A stretch of DNA of 63,121 nucleotides, counting the filler, from Choristocarpus tenellus KU-1152 (Eukaryota; Protista; Phaeophyceae), in NCBI GenBank assembly GCA_964200185.2. It is 12 parts of 12 records of this genome, joined end to end, with 100 filler letters (N's around TTAATTAATTAA, not from the genome) between each part and the next. Parts side by side here need not be neighbours in the genome. Positions count along the whole stretch, not along the records: positions 1 to 4,994 come from CAXNAD020012246.1; positions 5,095 to 7,822 come from CAXNAD020025258.1; positions 7,923 to 16,999 come from CAXNAD020004016.1; 9 more parts are not named here. One strand, given 5' to 3'. Of this stretch, positions 1-11,550 are shown piece by piece. The notes under the pieces are model-generated. The model did no database searches. It saw only the letters and a list, made by a program, of their open reading frames with translations, and was not told the origin of the DNA. The translations under genes were made by a program, and so were the position numbers. Position 1 is the first letter of the stretch, and each line of letters begins with the position of its first letter.

Positions 1-27
1 ATATCATACGGTGTTAACAATATGCTA

Positions 28-1369
28 CCTCTACCACTCCCCTACTGTGACGTAGACGGATCCAGATCCCCCATACCTGGATCCAATAAGCCATCAGATC
101 CCACCAAGTTGCCATCAACCTCCCGCTCAGATCCTAATACCTCAGGACTGGAGACATATTCCACAGTGTCATCACCCCCTGCATCTTGGAAACCTCCTTC
201 GCTCAAAGTTTCCTCCACCTCTTCAATCAATAGACTTCCTCCCAAGTCCAAATCGGGTTCCTTGTTGTTGGCCACCCCATCATCAGTCAGTTGGACCCCT
301 GGAGCAGAGTAAGGTTCCCACACGTAGGCCCTCCTGTGAACTATTTTCCCTGAATTTGTAAGCAAAAACCCGCAAGGTATCAGAAGGATGGTTGGAGGAA
401 AGTCCCATCATCATGCATTGTTCAGCTCGAGCAGCCTGGGCGGATTTTTACATGAGATACTTATGATCTGCGACAAGACGGGAATGGGTTGGTTACAATA
501 TCTGAGATCGAAGGATGAGACTGCCAAGGTATTTCAGGCTTTCATCCGGGATGTGGTTGAAGTGGATGTGGTGGAAGTGGAGAATATCAGCATTGGATGT
601 GTAGGACTGACGAGGGGACGGAGTTCAAGAATGTTGACTTTGAGGATGTACTCGATGAACATAAGATCTAGCATGAGTATACTGTGCCTGGAACTCCTCA
701 ACTCAATGGGAAGGTGGAACGGACTCTTGCCCAGATTGCGGGAAAAGGTTTGGTCATGATGCATGCAGCTGGTCTGGGGGATCGACTGGGATTGTGGAGG
801 CGCAGAACATGGCCAACGCTCCTACTAACTTGTCCTCCACGTCTGCCAATCGACACTGGGAGTCCCCATATGAAATGTTTTATGGTGTTCCTGCGCATCC
901 TCATATCTTGCCACTTCGGGGTTCCAAGGGTTATACTAAAGTGGATAACCGCCTGCATAAATTAGCTCCTCGAGCTGAACAATGCATGATGATGGGACTT
1001 TCCTCCAACCATCCTTCTGATACCTTGCGAGTCTTGCTTACAAATTCAGGGAAAATAGTTCACAGGAGGGCCTACGTGCGGGAACCTTACTCTGCTCCAG
1101 GGGTCCAACTGACTGATGATGGATTGGCCAACAAGGAACCCGATTTGGAATTAAGAGGAAGTCTATTGATTGAAGAGGTGGAGGAAACTTTGAGTGAAGG
1201 AGGTTTCCAGGATGCAGGGGGGGATGACACTGTGGAATATGTCTCCAGTCCTGAGGTATTAGGATCTGAGCGGGAGGTTGATGGCGACTTGGTGGGATCT
1301 GATGGGATATTGGATCCAGGTATGAGGGATCTGGATCCGTCTACGTCACAGCAGGGGTGTGGTAGAAGG
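28..1369. repeat. Long inverted repeat: arms ~28-435 and ~965-1369
   Basis: ORF 42..365(-) is nearly identical to part of ORF 794..1918(+). The nucleotide arms are reverse complements with scattered mismatches. Confidence 0.9.
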
Positions 1370-1937
1370 TTGATGCTGAGACTCGCGAGCCATAATCGCG
1401 ATCCCCCACATGAACCCGGTGAGACATCGGAGCGTGCTCTTTGGTATGAGAGGAGACTGGTTGGTTTGCTCGGTGGGAAAGATAGACTCCTCCCACCTGA
1501 ACCAACTACCATACGACCAGCGATGGAGTCAGAGGAGCGGTCTTTGTGGAAGGGGCCATTGATGATGAAGTCGATGATCTGGACAGCAGGATTGTGTGGA
1601 TTCAAATACCTCGCCCCACTGATGGTCACAAGGTACTCAGGAAAAAGATGGTTTTCGATAGAGGCAGGTGGATGGCAAAAGAAGAGTGCAGAGGTCCAAG
1701 GAGGCACTAGGGCTACTGGAAGTGAAATTTTACTGGAACAAGGAAACTGGAACACATTTGGTGGACTAGAGTTTGCAGTTAGAGAATTTACATTTTGTGT
1801 GGAGAATCCAAGTTGGTCTGATTGGTTGAATGCTAGGAGAGTGATTGGGTATCTTTTGGCTACTAGAGAGCATGGAATTATTTCCAAGTATGTTTTCAGG
1901 AGTTGTTTTCTCACTTGAAGTTCAAAGCAGGGAAGTG

Positions 1938-2287
1938 TGTTAAGAATGCTTTTAATTCATGTGTAAAATATTCTGTAGCTTAAATAATCAGTAGTTGGAT
2001 TATGTTTTGATAACGGGATAATTGGTAGGCAAGTTTTCATGAGAATATTATCGGGGTTATTATAGTACAACAAGAAGAATCCTAGGAAGGGAAGGTTGTA
2101 GCAAGTGACACAGAGAATGAGTGACGTGTTACTAGAACTTGAATAGTAAGGTGACAACCCCCTTTGAGCTTTGAGGTCCACTCCTTCCTTACACCTCCCT
2201 TACTTCATGTACAATCTGTTCTACATGATAGGGAATTAATCGAGTCATTTACATACGCAAGTCTTGGGGACACAAATTTCTTTAACA
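1938..2287 (+). repeat. Copia LTR (~350 bp)
   Basis: Starts TGTTAA directly after the PPT and ends TTAACA (inverted TG..CA termini). Confidence 0.65.
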
Positions 2288-4994
2288 TATACTCTTGAGT
2301 ATGTAGGATGTAGTTTGATGGTATTTCCTACTCCAACTATACTATGTATCATACCACCCCCATGTAACTACACTCTAATTTCTCCTTAATCAGTAACCAC
2401 CTTAATCCTTCATTTCAGAATATTTTTGTCCTTTGTCTCTTGAGAGGCGGTTCAACTGCTCCCAACACATATGTGAGAAAGCACAACAAACAAGCTTACA
2501 ACCATGCATCCTCGCCTAGAATTAAGGGCAAACTTCGACCCGAACAAAATTAGGGGTTAGGGTTAAGGTGAGTTCGGGCTACAATTCGATGTCATAAAGA
2601 AAATGGTGCAGATTTGCTACGATTTCGGCTCACTCTGAACTCCAGAACACTTCCCCAGGATGATACTATCTATTGTTGTACTGTTTGTACAATCCATGTG
2701 ATAAGGAGGAATGAACCCCACATCCTTGCTCAAAGAGAGGTTTGAAGTTTTTTGCTTGGATAATGCTTAAGAAGAGGCAGCAAAGAAAGGTTAATAATGT
2801 TCAGGAAGAAAAAACTCTGGTCAAGGAGACACTGTGAGAGAAATATTGGAAGAATTGTGTTCAAAATGATCATGACAGTTGAGAGTGTACTCAACCGCAG
2901 ATGTGTTTGGATACCATACCAACACCTAGATCACTCAAAGCTTCGAATGAGTGATAACTGTCTTAGAGGTTTCTTGTTCAAGCGTGTGTGTGAGAATGAT
3001 GACTTCAATGTTGCAAATTGATGTTGGAGTAAGGATCATTTAAGAAGCACACCATACAATACGCTCCTCTTCTTTATGATGGTGAACTACTTGTTGTCAT
3101 CTACTTACGACAACAAATTTTGATCTTGTTTTGTGTTCTTTTTTTCGATTCTTTATATCAGGAAGACAACAGTCATAAAATTTGAAGAAAATATGTATCA
3201 TTCTGTTGTTGCTGTACCCTCTTTTGTCACCACCACTACCATCAACTAAATAAACCGGCCTCTTTGTCAGGCATCACAACACAAATTACATGCATGCAGC
3301 TTCTCACGCCATAAACACAAACACTACCTCGGGTGAAATGACTGTGGTGTATGTTTGCTCACTCCAAGGTGAAAAACAAGACCGTCACCTACCACCACTA
3401 AACGTGTGTTTTATTTCCGCCATATATTTGTTTCATGAAAATGCCATACATCATTCACCAGACAATCGTACTTGTTCAATGATAGACTAAGCAGGCAGGA
3501 TTAAGGTAAACAAGAAGAGTAAATAAAAGCAATGAGTCTAGACCACCCCCCTATTGTAGATGCCCTTTCAACAGCATCTCCTGTGTTCTAGTTAGGTCGG
3601 GGGTGGGGGGGTTGTCATCCCATCACAATTCCCAGAAAGTGAGCATTGATTGGGACAACACCTAAAACAAAGACACACATCAGGACACAACAGCCTGACA
3701 GCACATGCTTGGACACATCTCTTCCACCCTGGCTAATCAATTTTTCGAATCAATAATACATGCTTAGAACCACCATCATAAACATGTTCTCCCCTAAAAA
3801 ATAGAGAACACTCTCGCCTCTGACAAGCACAGAATGTCGATTGGGCCTCCTTCTAAGATCTGAACTACAGTATCCTGGTTTCTACAGCTCATCTCGAACT
3901 GCTCTCATCAACACTGCTCCCGCGAACCTCCCCTTTTCACTCTCCATGTTCTGCCAGTCCAAATCCTAGTTCCAAGACTGTAACACTGCCTCACCTTTCA
4001 ATTCACAATACAGGGTGGTCTTGGTCACCACTATCAGGATACAAACTACCTTTGCATTCATGCACTAAGAGAAGACTACCGAAAAAAGCGCTAGCTCTAT
4101 GTCACTACTCAAACCTAAACATTACAGCCTCAAGTAGCGCAGGCAAACCCACTACATGCACCAACATTTGAGGAGCAATAAGGGCATCGAATGATATCTC
4201 ATCCTCACAGGGGGGAAATGGATGCCAAAAAAAGAAGACGGCAGTGACAAGAATGGACATAGATCGCCCAGTGATGGAAAAAGCTCAGCTCATACAATAC
4301 CACAAATCACCTAGCCAACCCCAGCCTCCAACACGCCACATTAATACCTTAACCCCCTTGTGAGTCCACCTATAAATCCTCTAGCCACCAGAGCCACCAG
4401 CAAACCAGAAGTCTCCATAGAGCTCTTGGTTGTGTTTTAACTTGTGGGTTGCCAATGTGAGACTCACTTGTTGGACCTAACCCATAAATTTATCATCACA
4501 ACCACAAGACATCAACACAAGGCAACACCTAGACCGCCCCAGGAGGTCAATCCCTCCCACTTAACCAAATACACACACGGAAAAAGATCCAGTGCAATAC
4601 AGACTCTTACCCCTGGTCTGCCCGCAAAGCAAACAAATGAGAGTCACTAATGTGTCAATCCACCTATTTCAAAGTCACCAACGGCGTTCCAAGCAGATCA
4701 CTCTTCCCATGCTTGCCACGCACACCACAAAGGCCATCGCTACAGACCACTTCAACCTTACAGCACTGCCGATGGGTAAGAAATAAAACCCAGATAAGCA
4801 ACTATGTCTTAACACTTCAAGACATCTTTCCTATCGTTAACCTCCACAATAATCACCACTACCCACCACCAACACCCCAGTTTGATCACATGGTGAAATA
4901 AAACCGCGGCATACCAATCAACCTTGGATATGTGCAACATCAACATCAACATCATCTATTTTACTGTATCATATGCTGCAAGGAACAAAGAGGG

Positions 4995-5094
4995 NNNNNN
5001 NNNNNNNNNNNNNNNNNNNNNNNNNNNNNNNNNNNNNNTTAATTAATTAANNNNNNNNNNNNNNNNNNNNNNNNNNNNNNNNNNNNNNNNNNNN
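4995..5094. other. Artificial contig linker (first of 11)
   Basis: Same 100-bp N-TTAATTAATTAA-N linker, with stops in all six frames, at 4995, 7823, 17000, 22604, 25995, 31193, 37991, 40612, 43212, 50747 and 59017. A separate 10-N gap lies at 51996-52005. Confidence 0.98.
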
Positions 5095-5124
5095 CGACAC
5101 CCCCCCCCCAAGATACTTTGACCC
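5095..5124 (-). mobile_element. MITE family A terminus at contig start
   Basis: CGACAC-C(n)-AAGATACTTTGACCC is the reverse complement of the left end of the complete copy at 15259. Confidence 0.85.
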
Positions 5125-5275
5125 TGGCTCGGTGGAGTGTACTCTGGGTCTGAGTATCTGTAGAGAAATATGAGCAACCTACTTTACGGTTCATAATTTT
5201 GGGGTTTTCCAAAACCTTTCTTTCTCATTCCTTGTTGGCAATTGCCCCAGAGTGGGTTAACATAACCTGTCTCAC

Positions 5276-5668
5276 CTGAGTCTCGCCGTGCAGTTTATAT
5301 AATTGGAGGATCCTTTGGGCAGAGTGCCGTTTGGCCTGCTTTGTGCCCACCCTCACTCGTATTTCATTTTCGTTGACGCCAGCCTCCTTCGCCGCCATAC
5401 CCACTATTCGCAGAGTTGAAGCAACGCCATCGATATTTGCAACTTTACCCTCATCGGTGGACTCAGAAGTCAAATCTCTCCCTTGAACAATGATACTGTC
5501 CGACGAAGACATTCCTGAAGCTTTGCAGGGAAATTTATGCGTTCCTGACAAATGATAGCGAGGGAGGGGTGAATTGAGTGTGATTGATTTGAGGGTGAGT
5601 GCGGGAAGGATGAAGTGAGCCACAAACAAAAAGCACCAAGTGCTTAAACTCCATATTGCTTGTCGCAT
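5276..5668 (-). CDS. Probable first exon of an unknown protein with a hydrophobic N-terminal signal-like sequence
   Basis: ATG-initiated ORF (MRQAIWSLSTWCFLFVAHFILPALT...) followed by a Ser-rich stretch, ending at a CAG|GTGAGA donor. Only vague resemblance to the YggS/PLPBP N-terminus. Confidence 0.45.
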
Positions 5669-7778
5669 ACATTCGTTCCCGTCTTACAAATGATAACATT
5701 GAACGCACTGCTATTCCAAAAAGTGAGGCAAAATGTCGAGACAAGAGGTTAATAGTTAGTGATGCTCTGTTGTAGTCATTGTTTCTCCGACTGTGTGCAG
5801 ATTGGTGAACCTTTCAATATCAATTCTCTGATGAAACGACTGCGGTGTAGCACCAAGCAGAGGGTCAGGTAGCCTAACACTGAGTGGTGCATTTAATTGA
5901 GGACACTCTCAAACGTGAAATCGCTTCTATGCCTGATTCGTCTGGTTGATTCATCCATCAATTGCGGAAACTTTTGGAGATGAACTTAATGTGAGGGGTT
6001 CTCAGACTAGGTTTCAACTAGCTTACCAGAACAGTCAGTTCGAATCCTCTTAGCGAACGATCGCCTACTCGTTACCCAGTACTAGGGTCTAGATGCTAGA
6101 TGTTATTAGATGCAGTATGCGGAGGGGCTCATCCCTATATAGGCAGGCGGTTGTGGTTTTAAATTCTTCTGTGTTTTGTGGAATTTTGCCGAACAGTTAC
6201 ATCAATAATACTTTGTATTTAATTAGGTGTAGTATGCAGAAAGAGAGATGTACAATGTACTCCATCAAAATAAATTTTCACTATATTGTATGAAGTAGTT
6301 CTCTCCGATGAAACCGTAACAGCGCCTTCAACCAAATAATAGCAACACTGATTTCTCCATATATCTTCCACAACTATATTTATAACACATATGGATAATT
6401 ACGTACTGTGAGAGATGCCCGCGGTGGTGATTTGGTTGTTCTGTAAAGCAGCATGCACCAACTCATCAATGAACATCGAGGCCGAGAGTGCCCGTTTAGA
6501 GCACTCATTGTTACATTTACAATAGGTTTCCAGGGAGGGGTGCAGAACAAAACGCATTGTCGGGTATTGCTGAGTGCCCTCACATGAAGCAAGCGTCCAT
6601 TGTGACATTATGTGTTCATTTAATATGGTTCTGCATTATTATCCGGTTTATGTGGACTTTCTGGGGAAAGTGAGTCGTGACCTTCCGATCTGTTGTCTGA
6701 TGGCATTATATAGTACTACAACCAGTTGTGTTTTTCTTCCAATGTAGACCTCTTGTAGTATAGTACCGAGACTACTTACAGACGACATAGACAACAACAT
6801 CCCATGACGCTGCAGGCGAGGGAAGCTGAAGATTCACGCTCGATCGCCTGGTCTGGCGATGGTGAGCGGTATCACAAGTATCCTGATTATGTCGGTTAAG
6901 GCTGTCCAAGAGATTATGTTGCAGGTAAGTGACAAAATGAGCATCGACACAGACAGATAGATAGATATGCTGACCGTCACACAACGTACCTACATGTCAT
7001 CAGTTAGTTGTCGGAAATGTGCCAATCAATAGGGAGGGTAAGTACAAATATAGACCCCCAGTTGCACCTCCAGTGAATATATACGTACATCATTTCTCCC
7101 TGTTGTGTGTGACTTTGGCCGTTTGAGTTCTGCGAATTGTTTTCTTCACTTAGATCCTGGCCTGATTCGTACATCTATCAGCACACATCTTTGCATGCAT
7201 CCTGACCACTACGATTTAGGTATACATTTCTGAAAAATACTCCACATAATGGATTTTTTATCTTCTTCTGCAACACAACTTGTTGTGGTTTGGTTGATAG
7301 GAGAATGCAACAGATTGCAGATACATCAAACTTTCAACAAACTCGTCGGTGCACAGGAGCAACTGAGAGATGGCAGGGGTGAAATCATACTTGATGCTTT
7401 GGTGCTTTGCAACATTTCAATACACGTTCCAGTGCATGAACTATATCAATTTGGCGTTGAGTTTGTACACTACTCGCAACAATCCGAAGGGGCATCTGCC
7501 AGTGTCAAGACGCCCTTGACTCTTTTGGGTCTCAGAGAAAAAACGAACTCCCATCCACGTCATTCTTCTGACATTTTGTTGTACGTTTGGTGCATTTCAT
7601 TATTGGATTGCCTATCCGGGTGCAGGAGGGGCTAGCGTTCCCTTGCTACATCATTTTAATCGCTAGTTCTTCAGGCTTGCCTTTTTTCGCAATGCCATAC
7701 ATCATACGGGGAATGAGGGTTGTAATGCTCTCTGATAAAGGTGAGGGTATGGAAATGGGAAAGCACAAGACAGCATTA

Positions 7779-7822
7779 GGGTCAAAGTATCTTGGGGGGG
7801 GGAGTCGGCGTCCGTTTTTCAC
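7779..7822 (+). mobile_element. MITE family A left end, truncated by contig end
   Basis: GGGTCAAAGTATCTT-G(n)-AGTCGGCGTCCGTTTTTCAC matches 15259-15305. Confidence 0.9.
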
Positions 7823-7922
7823 NNNNNNNNNNNNNNNNNNNNNNNNNNNNNNNNNNNNNNNNNNNNTTAATTAATTAANNNNNNNNNNNNNNNNNNNNNN
7901 NNNNNNNNNNNNNNNNNNNNNN

Positions 7923-8032
7923 AAGCTCGGCGGGGTATTTACTAGGTGAGGTTGTGTATCCTGGCGGCGTGTTACAGCCTTTTGACGGATGTGTATCCTG
8001 GCGGCGTGTTTAGCCTTTTGACATGTTTCAAC
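7923..8032 (+). repeat. Fragment of the short-LTR (TRIM-like) element with two ~36-bp tandem units
   Basis: GCGGGGTATTTACTA..GTGTATCCTGGCGGCGTGTTTAGCCTTTTGAC matches ~54000-54065 and ends in GTTTCAACA, like the element terminus at 54532. Confidence 0.8.
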
Positions 8033-9040
8033 ACTTTTCGACCCACATACTCCCTTCTGGAACGTCTAAGCCCCCATAAAAGAGGAATTCCATCTCCCAT
8101 GCCGTATCCAATTGAAAGGGAAGGAGATGTAATGGGTCCCCATTTGGAGGTTCTAGTGGTCTCAGCAAATCTCTCAAAAACACTGTGTATTGCCAGTAGC
8201 ATAAAAAACTCAGTACAGCACCAACAATTGTTCCAGAAATCTGTTGTTTTGCATCCCATCCCTGCAGTACACGATCGATGTACATGGCTTGTCTCCTCAT
8301 ATTGAAGAAGCAAATAGTAGTGCCTTTACTGTCGTTCCTAGCAGGGAGGGTGGTGTACTGGTTTCATGACGTAGGGACAAGAACCGGAAGCGTGGCATTG
8401 GCTTCGCCTTGTTTACTTGGGATCTGGTCGTAACAAACAGTAACAACAAAAAGGAAGACGTTGGCGTGATGAAGAGGAGCGGGGTGTGCGTTGACTATAA
8501 GGACAACAAATATTCTTCCATGTGAGATAATCTCATTAGTACAACTTTCTCAGGATGAACCAATCATTCTGAAACTTCTACAGTGCAGTCTATGGAGAAC
8601 TACTACAATCATCTGGAAAGCTATCTATACTATTACCAGACCCATCTCATCATCATCTTACTGATATCATGACAGTTTCCCTCAACGCATAGTGGTGCTT
8701 ACTCCTCTCCCCTTCTACATACAACCAGACTCGTTGCCTCTGATGCAGGCACTGTACTGTTTGATTGGATGCGACTACAGCATTATTCCTTCCATCATCT
8801 CTCCAACAGGGTGGCTTGGTGACTCCCTGCATGAGATTCAAGAATATTCAAGATCCTATCCTAGAAAGCATTGATCGATCAAAGGAGATCTTTCATAACC
8901 CCTCCCCTTCCCGTACGAAATCTATGTAATCTCAGAAATGAACAATCCTATTTCTAGAGCAAGGCTTGTGTATAATGTGTTCTTTTCAGCAATATGACAA
9001 GCAATCGCAATTGATCCATCAATCAAAATCAACTACATAC

Positions 9041-11550
9041 TCAATTCCAGCACGCTCCAACCACTTCCAAACAAAGTGCAAGCAGATTTGGTGACCACCT
9101 GGTTCCTCTTGCAGGTCGTGCAGAGGCCTTTTCATGTGCCCATCCTGCAGCCCTGAGCAGGCATGAACAGATCACGAAGAGTGAGCACAAAGAAGCAATG
9201 ATGATGGGAGGAAGTGATGTGTGTGTGAACACAGGAAGGCGTTGTGCTGGGCAGGTTTAAGGGAGCATTATGCTCAAGACTGGTGGTACCATTTACAAAG
9301 GGAAGATAATCTTATCCCATGCAAACAGTGCATAGGTTGAAAGGAAATATATATAGCAGCATAGGTAGAATCTGTAGAGGTGAAGAGCACTCTTCAACAA
9401 TATGCATATAGGTACAATAATGACAACCAAGAACGGAGGCACAACGTATTTCCATCTCTTACACAAGCAAAATCCAAGGATACTTCCTTACCTAAATGCA
9501 GCAGTACGCTGTTGTGTTATATGTGCTCCACCAAAAGATAGATTACACTCCACCTACAAACCTAGGCAACTACCCCCAAAGATAAATTTCAGCCTCCTAA
9601 CCCTCCCGGTCCTCCTCATGACCAACACATCACTTGATACCCTTGCACCTCCCTCGCCCCTCACAACTGCCTTGGTATTCCCACGCACTGCCTTGGCATT
9701 TCTTGACTCTGTAACAGGCATGCGAACACCCTTTAGTGTTCCGCCAGTCTTCTTGGACTCAGAGGGCCTTGCATACTGGGCAGGGGATTGAGGGGGACTG
9801 AGAAGACCAGGGAATCTTTAGGTCGATGACCAGACCACCCTCTTTTTTCTCGAGATGGCACTCTTCTCCACAAGTGATGAGGATGCCCACCCCAGCTTCT
9901 TGGCTAAGGAGGCCATATATATGGCACATAGAGAGGGGGCAGAGAGGGAAAGGGGGAAGGCATGTCATGTACCCTTCTGAAGGTGCAATCACAAAAATAC
10001 ACTAGTGTCATAACCTCTACCAAATGGTACAAACATCACTATGCTGTATCAGCTTGTACATCATGCTACACCGATGGTTCTGCAATGAACCCCCCGTCCC
10101 CAACGTTTCACCTTGGCCAGCTGCCACATATACATCCATGTTGACACACTGGGGAGTACGGGCCCTAGCTGCAGACCTGTGGCTATGACCGCGAGTGGCT
10201 TTGTCTTTTCCAGCTGCTCCCTTTCCCACGACGAGGTGAAGAGGGGCGTCTTACCCAAGGACCTACGGAATGACTTTGGTGTAAACAGCACCGCGTGTGA
10301 TGTAGCCTGGGAAAGCAGAGGGATCAGGGGTCAGGGGCGCGGGTAAGAGGATCAAGAGTGCTACACTTCAACACCAGGGTAGGGCACTAATTTTCAAACA
10401 CAGACTATTCAAGGAGGTGGTTACGCGCATTGCAATGCCCTACCATTTGTACAGAATTGTTGTTACAGGCACAACTGTTGGACCCCTCTGAAACAGAGAT
10501 CTCCCTCAACATATGCAACATTTGATTACATAAACCAGAGGGGGTGCATTAGTCATTAGTGACAAAGTTAAGAGGGGAAAGGAGCTGGCCTCTTGCACAG
10601 AATATTGCTTCCTATGAGCTCACTACAAGAATCTAGCCATTCCACTGGTCAAAATATTTCTCTTAAATCGTGTCCCCAACACTGCCAGTGATGACTTTCT
10701 GGAGTATTATGAGTATGTCATATTTCAATAAATATTAAAAACCTGGTGAAGTATCGTTACTAATATATACATTTATGTATACCATGGGATGTCATCAAGG
10801 TCAAGCACCATCCACCTCTTGTGTCCCATATCTACTCATCAATTTAGATATAGTCTATTGCCCAAAACAACTCACCTGCTCTGTCGCAGTAAATACCTTC
10901 TGTAGATGAAGGTTAGCAGCCTCCTGTGCCTCCAGCTTCAGGAGCATCTCCTGCAACTCCCGGTAAATACACACACGTGTATATTGTGGTAATAGATTTC
11001 CTAAGTTATCATCAACTGGAGAAAGAAGTTGAGAGCCTAGAGGGATTTCTGCATGGTACCAGACCCCTTATATAGAGTGTTGGTGGGTGTAGTTTACAAA
11101 ACAGACCACTAAAGCTACTACTTTGAAGTAGAAGGTAGTGTATATTCCTGAATTAGTATGAACTTGATTCCAGAGAGACAGATTACCTTTCTACTGAATA
11201 TTTGCACTTGGATCCAAGATGAAATCTTTGAGTCAGGTGGGATGCATTGTTCCAAACCCCAAGCATATGTATTGCCTGAAAGGTCCTTCTATCCGTTTTA
11301 AGCACAAGCTACTTTTTGCACCCAAGCAAGCCTCACCTTGATCTAACAGTTGTAGCACGGGTATACTCTACTGCCTACTACACCTCCCCCTTTATTCAGA
11401 ACCCGTTGCCTTTTTGGTTGCTCATTGGTCCTAGAGAAGAGAAGCTCACCTTGTCGTTTGCAGCAGTTTCTGTCCGCAGAGAGATGTTTGCAGCCTTTTC
11501 GACCACCAACTCCTCAGCTACATGCAACAGCTCCTGGTATTCGTTTCGAG
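9041..11550 (-). CDS. Exons of an unknown, partly coiled-coil-like protein (partial gene)
   Basis: Candidate exons ~11450-11550 (EYQELLHVAEELVVEKAANISLRTE), 10876-10950 (EMLLKLEAQEAANLHLQK), ~10150-10306 and 9041-9152 (LQDGHMKRPLHDLQEEPGGHQICLHFVWKWLERAG), most with clear AG/GT boundaries. The full structure is unresolved. Confidence 0.5.

Larger units (their letters stand above)
28..2287 (+). mobile_element. Degenerate, internally deleted Ty1/Copia LTR retrotransposon (integrase fragment, post-integrase region, RT start, PPT, 3' LTR)
   Basis: Frameshifted integrase-like motifs (YLRSKDETAKVFQAF, PGTPQLNGKVER, SPYEMFYG, KLAPRAEQCMMMG), a Copia pre-RT motif (PEPTTIRPAMESEERSLW), and RRVIGYLLAT near the end. 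Purine tract GCAGGGAAGTG at ~1927-1937 precedes the LTR. Confidence 0.85.

Noticed and set aside
5039-5050. Recurrent TTAATTAATTAA palindrome
   Set aside because: Always centred in the same N padding; a synthetic six-frame-stop contig linker.
5125-5152. GGCTC..GGGTC 25-mer next to a MITE A tip, resembling a collapsed MITE B
   Set aside because: Only 5-bp matches at each end, compatible with chance.
5826-5845. CTGATGAAAC, a hammerhead-like core
   Set aside because: No stem II or flanking helices are evident.
6380-7640. Possible piggyBac-like transposase remnant
   Set aside because: Only vague motif resemblance in stop-riddled frames; not supportable without a search.
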